From: Clostridia bacterium
Lineage (GTDB): Bacteria; Bacillota; Clostridia; UMGS1883; UMGS1540
Length of the DNA stretch: 64,000 bases
NCBI GenBank assembly: GCA_045533905.1
Contig: JAZSIR010000001.1
Coordinates: 64,001-128,000 of the forward strand
Direction of reading: 5' to 3'
The notes beneath the pieces are model-generated. The model did not search any database, had not been told where the DNA came from, and worked only from the letters and a program-made list of their open reading frames with translations. Shown here in pieces: positions 40,788 to 51,661 of this stretch. Position numbers and translations under genes: made by a program. Position 1 is the first letter of the stretch. Each line of letters begins with the position of its first letter.

Positions 40788-42533
40788 TTATACGGCTCCT
40801 AAATCAGGTTTATCAACAAACAAAACCTCTTGTTTTCCCTTTATGCCATCTGATTCAAATAAAACTATTTCATTTTCTCCTTTTTTTAATACCGAAGCGG
40901 GAACATACAAGGTTTTCTGCGGTCCTTTGTCCCAATATCTGCCAAGATTAAAACCATTTATCATTACAAAACCTTTAGTAAAATTTTCTGTATTTAAGAA
41001 TGTATCGCATGGAACATCAACTTCAAACACTCCTCTATAAAACGCAGATGGTTCTTCCACTACATCTTTGGAATACAAAACATGGTCTATATTCTCCATA
41101 GGCAATGGATACACATCCCAGTTGAAATGAATTTTTCCATTTAGCATACATCTGCCGGCTATACCTTTTTTACGACTCATTTTAGGTCCAAAATTTGTTC
41201 TGCCCATATTTTCACAAAGAACTGTGAGCACATCCCCACGACTTGCTGTAATCTCAATTTTTAATTCTTCATCATTTATATAAACAATCCCAACAAGGTT
41301 TCTATTAATATAAATCTGTGCTCTGTCACCAAGACTTTCAAACTCTAATTTTGCACCTTTATAATCACGATTCAACCGTGTGCAATATGCAACATATCCA
41401 TATCCTTGTCCGTATTTTTCCATACACTTGGGAACTTCAGAATGTATTGGAGAAGAAAGTCTTTCTAGATTATCAAAAATACCTCCTACTTCCGTAAGCT
41501 CTACCTTTCCGTATTCTTTTTTAGGTCTGTTCGGCGGAACTTCCGGAAGAACTCCGTCAATATATTTTTTCACCACATCACGGACTGCATAATATTTAGG
41601 AGTAACATCTCCACATTCAGATAATAGTGCATCATAATCATAACTTGTCACATCAGGAGCAAACTTTTCATAATGATTTGCTCCGCTTGTAAATCCAAAA
41701 TTTGTTCCACCTATGAACATATACATATTGAGGCTTCCCTTTTTAAGCATATCTTCTACAACTTCTGCATACTTTTCTGCAGATGTGCAATGATGTTTTT
41801 CATCTCCCCAGGCATCAAACCAACCACACCACATTTCCATACACATTTTAGGCGCATCGGGAAAAAGTTCATCATGAGCCATAAAATTTTCTTCAACACG
41901 ACTGCCGAAATTAAGCGTAGCAAAGCAACCTTCTATCATTCCGTCTAAAAGGCTTTCTTTTGAACTGCCATCTGAAGTAAAAAGTGGAATGTCTATTTCC
42001 TGTTCCCGGTAAAAATCACACAAATACTTAAGATATTCCTTATCGTCACCATAGTAACCATATTCGTTTTCACACTGCATCATTATAACAGGGCCACCAT
42101 TTGTACACAGATACGGTCTTACCTCGTCAAATAGCTTCTTAAGATAATTGCTGAAACACTTTATATAATACGGATTGGAACAACGTATTTCCATTTCTTC
42201 ATTTTCCTGTATCCACCAGGGCAATCCGCCGAATTCCCATTCCGCGCAGATATATGGTCCCGGGCGTACGATAACCATAAGTCCCTCTTCACCTGCTTTT
42301 TTGATAAAATCTGATATATTGAGATTTCCTGAAAAATCAAATTCTCCTTGCTTTTTTTCATGCATATTCCATGCGCAGTATGTTTCAACACAGTTACAAC
42401 CCAAGGCTTTCATTTTTTTGAAAATATCAGTCCATGTGTCAGACATATTGCGGAAATAATGTACAGCACCTGATATTATCTTTATAGGTTTCCCATCCCT
42501 ATAAAACTGATTACCTTTAATCTCAAAAACCAT
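40788..42533 (-). CDS. beta-galactosidase, GH35
   Basis: ISGAVHYFR, RPGPYICAEWEFGGLP, QCENEYG, MEMWCGWF, YMFIGGTNFG, TSYDYDA, GPQKTLYVP. Confidence 0.95.
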   Translation of the reverse strand: MVFEIKGNQFYRDGKPIKIISGAVHYFRNMSDTWTDIFKKMKALGCNCVETYCAWNMHEKKQGEFDFSGNLNISDFIKKAGEEGLMVIVRPGPYICAEWEFGGLPWWIQENEEMEIRCSNPYYIKCFSNYLKKLFDEVRPYLCTNGGPVIMMQCENEYGYYGDDKEYLKYLCDFYREQEIDIPLFTSDGSSKESLLDGMIEGCFATLNFGSRVEENFMAHDELFPDAPKMCMEMWCGWFDAWGDEKHHCTSAEKYAEVVEDMLKKGSLNMYMFIGGTNFGFTSGANHYEKFAPDVTSYDYDALLSECGDVTPKYYAVRDVVKKYIDGVLPEVPPNRPKKEYGKVELTEVGGIFDNLERLSSPIHSEVPKCMEKYGQGYGYVAYCTRLNRDYKGAKLEFESLGDRAQIYINRNLVGIVYINDEELKIEITASRGDVLTVLCENMGRTNFGPKMSRKKGIAGRCMLNGKIHFNWDVYPLPMENIDHVLYSKDVVEEPSAFYRGVFEVDVPCDTFLNTENFTKGFVMINGFNLGRYWDKGPQKTLYVPASVLKKGENEIVLFESDGIKGKQEVLFVDKPDLGAV

Positions 42534-42599
42534 AATTTTGTCTCCTATCTTAAATCAACTATCATTTCAAATATTAAAATTTAACATAACTCACTCTTG

Positions 42600-42617
42600 G
42601 CTCATGTCAATTCAGGA
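42600..42617 (+). repeat. site D upstream of GH35
   Basis: gctcatgtcaattcagga, 15/18 match to actcgtgtcaagtcagga. Confidence 0.55.
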
Positions 42618-42670
42618 GTAAAAAATCATATAATCATTATTCAAAAGTTATCGTTTACAAGCTATTCAAA

Positions 42671-43177
42671 TTACACGATTTCTATTTGCACTGCCTTCAT
42701 AGCCTCAAGTGCTGTTTTGTGACTTTCGACACTAACTCCTGCACAGCACTTGCCATCAACAACTATTTTTGTTTCAGGAAAGCTCGCTTTTAATATCATA
42801 GCGTTTGAAATTACGCAAATATCTGTACACAATCCGCACAATTCTATTTCATCTATCTCATCGCCATAATCTTTCAGTATTCCTGGCAAATCGACACTTC
42901 CAAATGTAATTTTATTAACAACATCATTAGCATAAGCCTTAAGTTCATCACAAATCTGCCAACCATCAGTATCTTTAATACAATGCTCTACCGGAAGATT
43001 TTTGCCTTCCTGTGTCTTCATATAGTCTTCAAAATGTGTATCTCTTGTAAATATAATTTTACCATCAAAATTTTTAACCTTTTCAACTACATCCGGCACA
43101 ATTTTCTCAGCAAGCACACTACCCAGACTGCCTGTTATAAAATCATTTTGCATATCAACTACAATTAAATACTTCAT
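42671..43177 (-). CDS. isochorismatase/nicotinamidase family cysteine hydrolase
   Basis: VVDMQNDF, TRDTH, HC, K…GLCTDICV. Confidence 0.92.
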   Translation of the reverse strand: MKYLIVVDMQNDFITGSLGSVLAEKIVPDVVEKVKNFDGKIIFTRDTHFEDYMKTQEGKNLPVEHCIKDTDGWQICDELKAYANDVVNKITFGSVDLPGILKDYGDEIDEIELCGLCTDICVISNAMILKASFPETKIVVDGKCCAGVSVESHKTALEAMKAVQIEIV

Positions 43178-43273
43178 TTTCTTCTCTCCTTTTTAGGATA
43201 TAATCCGAGTTATCCAAACATCAAGTTACGAATAAAATCCAAGAAACGTATTCTGTATACGGGCAGGAAGTCT

Positions 43274-44554
43274 TTACATATGGCCACCATCGATTTCTGC
43301 CGTATTCTTTCCGTGAATTATGACCGTTTTATCCTCCGGCACATAGGCATCGGGAAAATGCACCATAATATCATCTTTTTCAAGTTCTGCCTGCAGTGCG
43401 GGAACAGAAACATCTGCGGCGTTTACGCCGTCCCGGATGGCCATACACGCGACGTGCGCCGCTGCCTGCCCCGTAATGATGGCCGGCGGAATTACGCGGA
43501 GAATATCCCAGCCGTACCCCTCGCCCGCGGCGCTTCTGCCTGCGGTGAGCATATTCGGATAGTCTTTTCTGGTGATGCAGCGCAGCGGCACCTCAAACAA
43601 ATGGTCTCTGTGTTCAAAATCGTTGATAGCACAAATGGAATCGTCAAAATGCCTATAGGCATCTCCAACTTTTAAGGCATAGTCTGCATCCAGACGGCAG
43701 GTGGTTCGAAACTGCGGCATAAACGGAAGATGTGTAATCTCGCGGCTGCATCTGTCTGTTTCTTTGAGTTTTTGAAGCACAAGCCGCTGATTCCGTATGA
43801 GATAATCCGTTACCTCCTCGACGGTAAGGCCTGACCACTTCGGAATATCCTCCGGCTGATTATCGCCAAAAAGATTTACCTCCCCGCCGTTTATATTCGT
43901 GAAAGCGTGATAAATATTCTGTGCCTTTACTGCTTTTTCGCACGATGTAAGGGTTATCATTTTGGCGCAGTAGGTGAAGAAATTCTGCCCTTTTACCACC
44001 GGCACCCCGCCGCGGCGAAGAACATCGCAGTCCCCCGTTACATCGATCAGCATCTTGCAGCCGTAATACGCGGTTGCGGATTTGCTCTCTGTAATTACGC
44101 CTTTACATACCTTCCCTTCCATAACAGGTTCCGAGGCGATGCAGTCCAACAAAATATCAGCACCGGATTTTACGATTTCTTCCGTAAGCTGCAAGGCAAA
44201 AATATCCGGAGAATATCTTTGGACATATCGAATTTCCGTAGGCTCCTTCGGTTCGCCGTTCTTCCACTCCCGCGGGATGGTGTCATACCCATACTTTGCA
44301 CTCAGCCGCGCCCACTTTTCGCACAGGCCGAAAATAATCTGTTTGCCGCGGCCGTTACACATCGGCACGAAGAGGTTAATAATGCCCAGCGTGGCAAGGC
44401 CACCTAAAATATTGGATTTTTCAAGGAGCAGCACCGAGTGGCCTTTTCCGGCGGCTGTCACAGCTGCCGCGACGCCTGCCACGCCGCCACCGCATACGAT
44501 AACATCATACCGCTTTTTCATCTGCAGTTTTTTGGTGATTGTAATGCTCTCCAT
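43274..44554 (-). CDS. FAD-dependent oxidoreductase
   Basis: DVIVCGGGVAGVAAA, LGGLAT, IDVTGD, NMLTAGRS…LRVIPP…GQAA. Confidence 0.88.
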   Translation of the reverse strand: MESITITKKLQMKKRYDVIVCGGGVAGVAAAVTAAGKGHSVLLLEKSNILGGLATLGIINLFVPMCNGRGKQIIFGLCEKWARLSAKYGYDTIPREWKNGEPKEPTEIRYVQRYSPDIFALQLTEEIVKSGADILLDCIASEPVMEGKVCKGVITESKSATAYYGCKMLIDVTGDCDVLRRGGVPVVKGQNFFTYCAKMITLTSCEKAVKAQNIYHAFTNINGGEVNLFGDNQPEDIPKWSGLTVEEVTDYLIRNQRLVLQKLKETDRCSREITHLPFMPQFRTTCRLDADYALKVGDAYRHFDDSICAINDFEHRDHLFEVPLRCITRKDYPNMLTAGRSAAGEGYGWDILRVIPPAIITGQAAAHVACMAIRDGVNAADVSVPALQAELEKDDIMVHFPDAYVPEDKTVIIHGKNTAEIDGGHM

Positions 44555-44575
44555 CGTGCCTCTCCTTTTCTGTTT

Positions 44576-45253
44576 TCAGCGAAGGTGCTCCCGCACCACA
44601 TCGAGGATTCTGGCCATGCCGCGGACGGTGGGATGGCCAGACAATTTTTCGATACTGCGAAGTTCTATAACGGTAATGCCTTTCTTCTCGGAGAATTTTT
44701 TATAGAAATCAATAATTTCGTCTTTGAGGTTTTCAATATTCAAAATGCAGTATACCTTTGCATCCGGTATTGTTTTGACGATAAGGTCCTCAAGATATGC
44801 AAAGCCGGGCAGGGCATTATATAAATCTTCCCGCTTCCAGCCCGATTCCATCGGCTCGCCGAGCGGGGAATTTACCCACGAATCGTTCGTGCCGCCGAAG
44901 AGAAACACGGTGTCAATATGATTTTCCCTGAAAAAGCCTTCTTCTATCAGTTTTTCGAAGCGGCCGATAAAGGACCGGTCGCTGACATCCATGCCGTCCT
45001 TCCCCGTATTGCAGACCGTGGTGCCTGACCAGCTGCAGTTACGGATAAGCTTGCCGTTTTCCTCGATGAGTGTATACCACCAAGTTTCTTCTACTTTCGA
45101 AACATCGTTATCACAACGCGTAAGCGTTTCATCCGCTTTCAGATAAAACGGCCCCTCCGGCGTATAATAAGCAGAATACCCTTCCGGAATGTGCCCTCTG
45201 AAGGTTGAATAGCTATCCCCCAAAATAAAAACATTACCCAGCAATTTTCTCAT
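44576..45253 (-). CDS. SGNH/GDSL hydrolase
   Basis: ILGDSYST, NCSWSG, GGTND, GHPT. Confidence 0.85.
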   Translation of the reverse strand: MRKLLGNVFILGDSYSTFRGHIPEGYSAYYTPEGPFYLKADETLTRCDNDVSKVEETWWYTLIEENGKLIRNCSWSGTTVCNTGKDGMDVSDRSFIGRFEKLIEEGFFRENHIDTVFLFGGTNDSWVNSPLGEPMESGWKREDLYNALPGFAYLEDLIVKTIPDAKVYCILNIENLKDEIIDFYKKFSEKKGITVIELRSIEKLSGHPTVRGMARILDVVREHLR

Positions 45254-45263
45254 TTCCTTTCTT

Positions 45264-46292
45264 TTACTCTTCGCGAAGTGTATATTTTTGAAGTAGCGGC
45301 AATTTATCGAGATACTTTCGGAGAATTTCCTGCGAGAAACCGTTATTCTCAATAATATCGCGGAAAAAGTAACCGCTCTTCTTAATTTTTCGTTCAAAGG
45401 TTTTAAAATTTACATCCACCAGCCCAAAGCGTGGCGCAAAGGTCCCCCACTCGTAATTATCTAAAAGTGACCAGTGCATATAGCTTCGCACATCAATACC
45501 GCTTTCGATTGCCTCGTGTATGGCATTTAAATAGAGCGTAAGGTATACGATGCGGAAATCATCATCATAACAGCTGCACCCGTTTTCCGTGATGTGTACA
45601 GGCAAATCTTTCAGGCGGCTGAGCTGATGGATAATCGTTTCCGGATACATTTCACGGTGATAAAAACCTTCCATCGGAAGCATCTTGATGTCCTTATGAT
45701 GATACGGAAATGTTTTGGCATCGTCCCGCCCTGCATCCACCATACTTCTTGTGTAGATGTTGATAGCCCAGAAATCGCAGGTGTTTCGAATTTCCGTATC
45801 GAAATAGCCCTCGAGGAAGGGGAAAACCACCTCACCCGTGCGGATGGCGTGGAAGAAAAATTCGTTCACGTAGCAATCCTTAAGGCTCGCCGCGGCGTTA
45901 TCAAACGTATCGTACTTGCGGTACGGCTCGAAAAGGATCATCGCGTGCGCCGTAGAGACAGGCGCCTTCGAATGCATCTTTATAAAATGATAGCCCAGTG
46001 CATGGTAGCGGATGACGCTCATCTTATTTTTACAAGCTTCGATAGATGTGCCGCAGTTAAATTCATTCAGCACCGTCCACATATCCACATACGGCGCAAA
46101 GATGGGAACAACCTTCGCAAGATATCTTTCAAAATAAGAAAGATTTTCGGGCGTATTCATCCCACCCTTTTCTTCGAACCAAAGCGGCAAAACGAAATGC
46201 ACAAGCGTGAGGCAAACCTTGATGCCTCGCCTCTTTAAAGCATCCAGCTCGTACAGATAATGGTCGATCGCCTCTTTTGAGAATTCACCGGA
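45264..46292 (-). pseudogene. GH1 glycoside hydrolase lacking its N-terminus
   Basis: TLVHFVLP, VLNE, ITENG, WSLLDNYEW, RFGL are present; the N-terminal GxATSxxQxEG/SxEWSRI region is absent and replaced by sequence from the upstream fragment. Confidence 0.7.
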
Positions 46293-46820
46293 ATACCCTT
46301 TCTCGAAATTTGCGGCTCGTCCGTAAAAAAGCCCCAAAACTGTTCCCAAACCGCTTATAGTACGGTTCATACGCAACTTCTATGAATTTCTGAATGACAT
46401 TTTATCGCACACATCCACATAATAGGGATTGACCTCATAATAAAACCAAAGGCCGTCCGCCGCGCCGATTTTGTTTTCCGTCGGCTCCGTATCGGTCATC
46501 CGCAAATATTTTTGCTGATATTCTATACCAAGCGCGCATACGGCACCATTTCCAAAGCCCGAAGGCCACCCATTTTCATCATATGCCCACGGAAGCATAT
46601 CGCGTGCTGCGCCTTCTTTGATTGCGGTTTCCACATTCTGAAACCATTCCTCTTCCATATAGGGCGGCATAAGACCGCCGCGCGCGTGCATGACATAGCC
46701 GCCGATACCGGCCTCCTGCATCATATGAATTTGCCGCGCCGTTTCGCTTTTTTCAAGCCTATCGTTCCAGCTCCAAAACGGCATTGCGCGATATTGGTTT
46801 GGAATTTTTTCGGAAAACAT
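46290..46820 (-). pseudogene. 5' fragment of a large GH106/GH2-like glycoside hydrolase
   Basis: PFWSWN…GIGGYVMHARGGL…WAYDENGWPSG; continues across two frameshifts as …KFIEVAYEPYYKRFG…GFFTDEPQ, then stops. Confidence 0.7.
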
Positions 46821-46903
46821 CCTCTTCCCCTCCCTATGCGGCAAATCCCCCATTTTTCCTTCTTATCATTCTACCACAAATCGCCAGAAAATGCAACGAA
46901 AAA

Positions 46904-46941
46904 CGAAAAACCTCCGAAAAATTCTTTCAGAGGTTTTTCGT
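46904..46941 (-). terminator. terminator of ald
   Basis: cgaaaaacctc…gaggtttttcg stem. Confidence 0.6.
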
Positions 46942-46993
46942 CTTTTTCTTTTTTCCGTTCAGAGGCCCGAAAGCGGCGCTTCCCTCACAAATC

Positions 46994-48106
46994 TCAGATG
47001 AGTTTTTCGATTTCGGTGTAGGTGTAGCCAAGGCTTTTGGCCACATTTTGATTGGTGCAATGATGCTTATAGATATTGACACCTGCCAGAAGACCACGGT
47101 CCGCCTTGATTGCTTTTTCAAGACCGAGATTTGCGATGCACCGTGCATAGCCGAAAGTAACATTCGAAAGGGCAACGGTGGAGGTATAAGGAACAGCGCC
47201 CGGCATATTGCCGACACAGTAGTGCACAACGCCCTCTTCCGTAAATACGGGGTCTGTGTGCGTTGTCACGTGCGAGGATTCGCAGCAGCCGCCCTGGTCA
47301 ATTGCGATATCCACAATAACGGCGCCTTTTTTCATAATGCTGAGATGCTCTCTTCTGATGAGCTTCGGCGTTTTGCCGCCCGGAATCAGCACAGAGCCGA
47401 TGACAAGATCCGCGCTTTCAAGCGCTTTCCGTATATTCGCCTCGGTGCTGTAGAGGACAGTGACGGAAGAACCGAAAATATCCTCGAGATACGAAAGGCG
47501 GTTCATATTGACATCCAAAAGGGTTACCTGCGCATCGCTACCGATAGCGGCCTTTGCGGCATACATACCGGCGACACCGCCGCCGATGATTACAATTTTG
47601 CCTCTTTCCACGCCCGGCACACCGCCGAGAAGGATGCCACGGCCACCAAAACTCCGTTCCAGATATTTAGCGCCCTCCTGAATACTGAGACGGCCTGCAA
47701 TCTGGCTCATCGGGCGAAGGCACGGGAGGTTGCCTCCGTCATCTGTAATCGTTTCGTAAGCCACGGCCGTAACACCACTCTTCAAAAGTGCCTCGCCTAA
47801 AGAAGGATTCGGGGCAAGATGAAGATATGTGAATAAAATCTGTCCCTCACGAAGATACGCATATTCACACGGTTCCGGTTCCTTGACCTTGATAATCATA
47901 TCCGCTTTTTCAAAAACTTCTGCCGGCGTTTCGATGATAACGGCCCCGGCTTCTTTATACATTTCGTCCGTAAATCCGGCCCCTTCTCCGGCACGGGTTT
48001 CTACATAAACAGAGTGGCCTTCCCCGATAAATGCAGCGGCATTATCCGGTGTTATCCCTACTCTGTACTCGTGATTTTTCAGCTCTCTTGTGGTTCCGAT
48101 TTTCAT
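46994..48106 (-). CDS. ald: alanine dehydrogenase
   Basis: ELKNHEYRV, KVKEP, FTYLHLA, MSQIAGR, GGVPGV, DIAIDQGGC, NMPGAV. Confidence 0.96.
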   Translation of the reverse strand: MKIGTTRELKNHEYRVGITPDNAAAFIGEGHSVYVETRAGEGAGFTDEMYKEAGAVIIETPAEVFEKADMIIKVKEPEPCEYAYLREGQILFTYLHLAPNPSLGEALLKSGVTAVAYETITDDGGNLPCLRPMSQIAGRLSIQEGAKYLERSFGGRGILLGGVPGVERGKIVIIGGGVAGMYAAKAAIGSDAQVTLLDVNMNRLSYLEDIFGSSVTVLYSTEANIRKALESADLVIGSVLIPGGKTPKLIRREHLSIMKKGAVIVDIAIDQGGCCESSHVTTHTDPVFTEEGVVHYCVGNMPGAVPYTSTVALSNVTFGYARCIANLGLEKAIKADRGLLAGVNIYKHHCTNQNVAKSLGYTYTEIEKLI

Positions 48107-48577
48107 ATCGTTTCCCCCTTTTATAGTTGTAGCTCCTCAATTATTTTTGCCAAAAAGCCAAAAGCAAAAAAACAATTGCATATTTCATATTTTAACAGAA
48201 TTATTTTCTTTGTCAATGGTATTTTTGCATAGTTTCAGAAAAAAATACAGTCAAAAAGCCAAAATGCAAGAAAATTTTTTCTCGTATTTTGGCTTTTTTG
48301 TATCTGTTTTCTTTTTATTTGTCGAATATAGCCACGGACGTTTATTCCGCCGACAGCGAACAGATCGCTTTGCCGAGCCCCAACACCTTTATATTGTGAT
48401 GTTAAGTTTTCTCAGATAGGTTCAGCCGCTTTCTGCCGTTTTTCAATAAGTAAGGCGTTCGAGCCCTTTTACCCATTGCACAGAGAAATTTTTCTGCCTT
48501 TTCGCAAAACTTTCCGTAATGTCGCTTCATATTTTGTTGACAAATTCAGTATGCCATAATTGCAAAATAAAAACAAC

Positions 48578-48608
48578 AAAAAAGGCGACCGTCTGATCGC
48601 CTTTTTTC
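48578..48608 (-). terminator. terminator of the NCS2 gene
   Basis: aaaaaaggcga-ccgtctga-tcgcctttttt. Confidence 0.65.
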
Positions 48609-48618
48609 ATTTGGTTTA

Positions 48619-49974
48619 TTATGCGATTGTGGTGTAGATATAGATTGCAAAGAGTGCAACAGAAATCCACATAATCGGGGAAATATCTTTTGCCTTGCCG
48701 GTGAGGAGCTTTAATACAACCCACGAAATCATAGCGAACATAATGCCGGTTGCGATGGAGTATGCGAACGGCATCATAATGATTGCCAAGAAGCCGCCGA
48801 TAGCATCTGCCACGTCGCCGTCAAAGTCCATCTTCGTTACTGCCGAAAGCATAAGCAAACCTACGAACAGCATAGCCGGTGTGGTTGCAAAGCCGGGGAT
48901 TGCGAGGAAAATCGGTGCAAACGGAATGGCAATCAAGAAGAGGATACCGGTTGTGAGAGCCGTGAGACCTGTTCTACCGCCTGCCGCTACACCTGCAGAA
49001 GATTCTACATAGCTTGTAACGGTGGAAGTGCCGAGGCATGCGCCTGCTACTGTACCTACAGCGTCTGCCATAAGTGCGCCGCCGGCTTTCGGGAGAGAAC
49101 CGTCTTCTGCTAAAAGATCACCCTTCTGTGCTACGCCGATGAGTGTACCAACGGTATCAAAGATATCGGTGTAAAGGAAGGTGAACATTACAACGGCAAA
49201 TGCCATGAAGTTTTCTGCGATGAAAGCAAAGTCAAACTGGAAGAGTGCCGGTGCGGCAAAGTTTGCCTTGATGGATTCCCAAGAAAGCGAGGGAATCAAA
49301 GAATATACACCTGCTTCAATATCTACTACGTACCAGCCAATGAGTTCGGCAAGGATGCCAAGTACCCATGTAGCCAAAATACCGATTAAGATATCGCCCT
49401 TAACCTTGTAGTGATGCAGTACACCGATGATTAAAAGGCCAACCATAGCCAGAACAACCTGCGGAGAGCCGAGGTTTCCAAGGCCTACCAAGGTGGAATC
49501 GTTATTTACCACAACGCCTGCATTGATGAGGGCAATAATTGCGATAAAGAGACCGATACCGGCTGTGATACCAAGCTTTAAGTTTTTAGGAATTTTGTTA
49601 ACGAGAGCTTCTCTGAACTTGAAGATGGAAAGAATCATAAAAATGATACCTTCAAGCAAAATAGCAGTAAGTGCTACTTTGTAAGAGTAACCCATGGTTA
49701 AACATACTGTGTAGGTAAAGAACGCGTTAAGTCCCATACCGGATGCGAGTGCTACGGGGTAGTTTGCGAAAAATGCCATACAGATTGTTGCGATTGCAGC
49801 AGAAAGTGCCGTTGCCATAAAGATGGCAGGTGCGCCCGGGCCATCCGGAATGATGCCGAGCATACCGGGGTTTACCGCCAGAATGTAGGACATTGCCAAA
49901 AAGGTTGTGATACCGGCGATAATTTCTGTCTTGACGTTGGTGCCGTGCTCTTTGAGCTTGAAAAATTTCTCCAT
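48619..49974 (-). CDS. NCS2/AzgA family purine permease
   Basis: EIIAGITTFLAMSYILAVNP, GMGLNAFF, FDTVGT, YVESSAGVAAGGRTGLT. Confidence 0.93.
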   Translation of the reverse strand: MEKFFKLKEHGTNVKTEIIAGITTFLAMSYILAVNPGMLGIIPDGPGAPAIFMATALSAAIATICMAFFANYPVALASGMGLNAFFTYTVCLTMGYSYKVALTAILLEGIIFMILSIFKFREALVNKIPKNLKLGITAGIGLFIAIIALINAGVVVNNDSTLVGLGNLGSPQVVLAMVGLLIIGVLHHYKVKGDILIGILATWVLGILAELIGWYVVDIEAGVYSLIPSLSWESIKANFAAPALFQFDFAFIAENFMAFAVVMFTFLYTDIFDTVGTLIGVAQKGDLLAEDGSLPKAGGALMADAVGTVAGACLGTSTVTSYVESSAGVAAGGRTGLTALTTGILFLIAIPFAPIFLAIPGFATTPAMLFVGLLMLSAVTKMDFDGDVADAIGGFLAIIMMPFAYSIATGIMFAMISWVVLKLLTGKAKDISPIMWISVALFAIYIYTTIA

Positions 49975-50084
49975 TTTTCTCATCCTCCGTATATAATTTT
50001 AGGTATTGCCACTTTGAGTATACCATATAAAATGGAAAAAGGCAACTCCTAAAACAGAAATTGCCTCTTTTTTTGCTATATTTT

Positions 50085-51548
50085 TTATTTTTCCTCGTAT
50101 GCCGAGAGCATCGGCTTTACATCCTCGTTCTTTACAGTTCTTGCAAGATAGTTTTTCGTAATCTTAAACACAGTGCCGGAAAGAACCAAAAGACCGATAA
50201 GGTTCGGGATTGCCATAAGGCCGTTGAAGGTATCGGAAATATCCCAGGCGAGGGAAAGGTCCATCGTTGCGCCTACCATAATGATACTGATGAAGATTGC
50301 CTTATATGCATCAGTGGTAGTTTTGCCAAAAAGGAAGTGGCAAGACTTAGAACCATAAATGAACCAACCGATAACTGTAGAAATCGCAAAGAAGAAGATT
50401 GCGATAGTTGCAAAGTATCCACCAACAACGCCGAAAGTATTTTCAAACGCTTTGGTAACCAGTACAGATGCACTGCCTTCAGCAAAGCCGGCAGCAACCA
50501 AACCGGTAGACAAGTCAATAACGCCGGAAGTAAGGATAACGAGTGCAGTAAGTGTGCAGATAACGATGGTATCCACGAATACCTCGAACACACCCCACAT
50601 ACCCTGCTTTGCAGGTTCTTTTACGTCTGCCGTAGAGTGAACAAGAGCTGATGAACCAAGACCTGCCTCGTTGGAGAATACACCACGAGCGATACCTTTC
50701 TGTGCAGCCAACATGATAGTTGCACCGATAGCACCACCGGCAATAGAATTAAAGCCAAATGCACCTTTGAAGATTGCAACAAAAGCATTACCAAGCTGAC
50801 CGAAGTTGAGTGCAACGATAACTACAGCGCCAATGATGTAGAAAATGGACATAAAAGGAACGAGGAATTCTGTGAAAGATGCAACTCTCTTCAAACCGCC
50901 AAGTGCCATAAACGCCATCAATGCCATCAGGATAACCCCTGTAACTACTACAGGGATATTGAATGTTGCATTAAAGTTTGCTGCAATTGTGTTGATCTGG
51001 CTCATATTACCGATACCGAAGGATGCAATAATGCAGAATACTGCAAAGAGAACGCCCAAGATTGAACCAACAATCTTAAGACCTTTTTTAGCAGAAAAAC
51101 CTTCCTTCAGGTAAACCATAGCTCCACCTAGCCATTCGCCGTCCGGCGTTTTTTTACGGTAGTAAAGACCGAGAACGATTTCTGCATATTTGGTCATCAT
51201 ACCAAAGAATGCAGCGAGCCACATCCAGAAAATTGCACCGGGGCCACCTGCTACAATAGCAGTTGTAACGCCGACAACATTACCAACACCAACCGTTCCG
51301 CCCAGAGCTGTGCACAATGCCTGGAATGATGAAATCGACTTTGCATCTTTGTTGGTTTTCTCACTTTTCTTAAAGAGAGTACCAAAAGTGTTCTTCATCC
51401 AGAGACCAATTTTCCCTACCTGGAAAAACTTAAGCCCGCATGTGAGGAATATACCTGTGCCTACCAGAAAAACAAGCATCACAGGGCCCCAGACCCAGCC
51501 ATTGATTGTGCCGTTAATTTTTTCAACGGCGCTCAGAAAACCTTCCAT
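50085..51548 (-). CDS. alanine/glycine:cation symporter (AGCS)
   Basis: SSFQALCTALGGTVGVGN, GGPGAIFWMW, RGVFSNEAGLGS, DTIVICTLT, LMAIPNL. Confidence 0.94.
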   Translation of the reverse strand: MEGFLSAVEKINGTINGWVWGPVMLVFLVGTGIFLTCGLKFFQVGKIGLWMKNTFGTLFKKSEKTNKDAKSISSFQALCTALGGTVGVGNVVGVTTAIVAGGPGAIFWMWLAAFFGMMTKYAEIVLGLYYRKKTPDGEWLGGAMVYLKEGFSAKKGLKIVGSILGVLFAVFCIIASFGIGNMSQINTIAANFNATFNIPVVVTGVILMALMAFMALGGLKRVASFTEFLVPFMSIFYIIGAVVIVALNFGQLGNAFVAIFKGAFGFNSIAGGAIGATIMLAAQKGIARGVFSNEAGLGSSALVHSTADVKEPAKQGMWGVFEVFVDTIVICTLTALVILTSGVIDLSTGLVAAGFAEGSASVLVTKAFENTFGVVGGYFATIAIFFFAISTVIGWFIYGSKSCHFLFGKTTTDAYKAIFISIIMVGATMDLSLAWDISDTFNGLMAIPNLIGLLVLSGTVFKITKNYLARTVKNEDVKPMLSAYEEK

Positions 51549-51661
51549 TTTTTTGCCTCCCAAAGTATATTTTTTTAATTTAACATAGTAAAAGCCACCT
51601 TGGCTTTCAAGGCGGCTCCGGATCCTTTGCATTAAAACAGCAATGCACTGACTGCTATTCC

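Larger units (their letters stand above)
40505..43270. mobile_element. AT-rich accessory island 2 (GH35 cassette and cysteine hydrolase)
   Basis: GC drop starts at site A; D sites at 40548 and 42600 flank the GH35 gene. Confidence 0.55.

Noticed and set aside
42579-42589. ATTTAACATAA, a perfect E. coli XerD arm
   Set aside because: There is no XerC-like arm 6 bp away, and the AT-rich context makes a chance match likely.
48300-48530. Possible sRNA, T-box or small ORF upstream of ald
   Set aside because: No T-box or riboswitch consensus was found, and the ~43-codon ORF lacks an RBS or motif support.
49984-50084. Purine riboswitch upstream of the NCS2 permease
   Set aside because: The ~100-bp gap holds only a terminator and promoter-like DNA, with no purine aptamer consensus.
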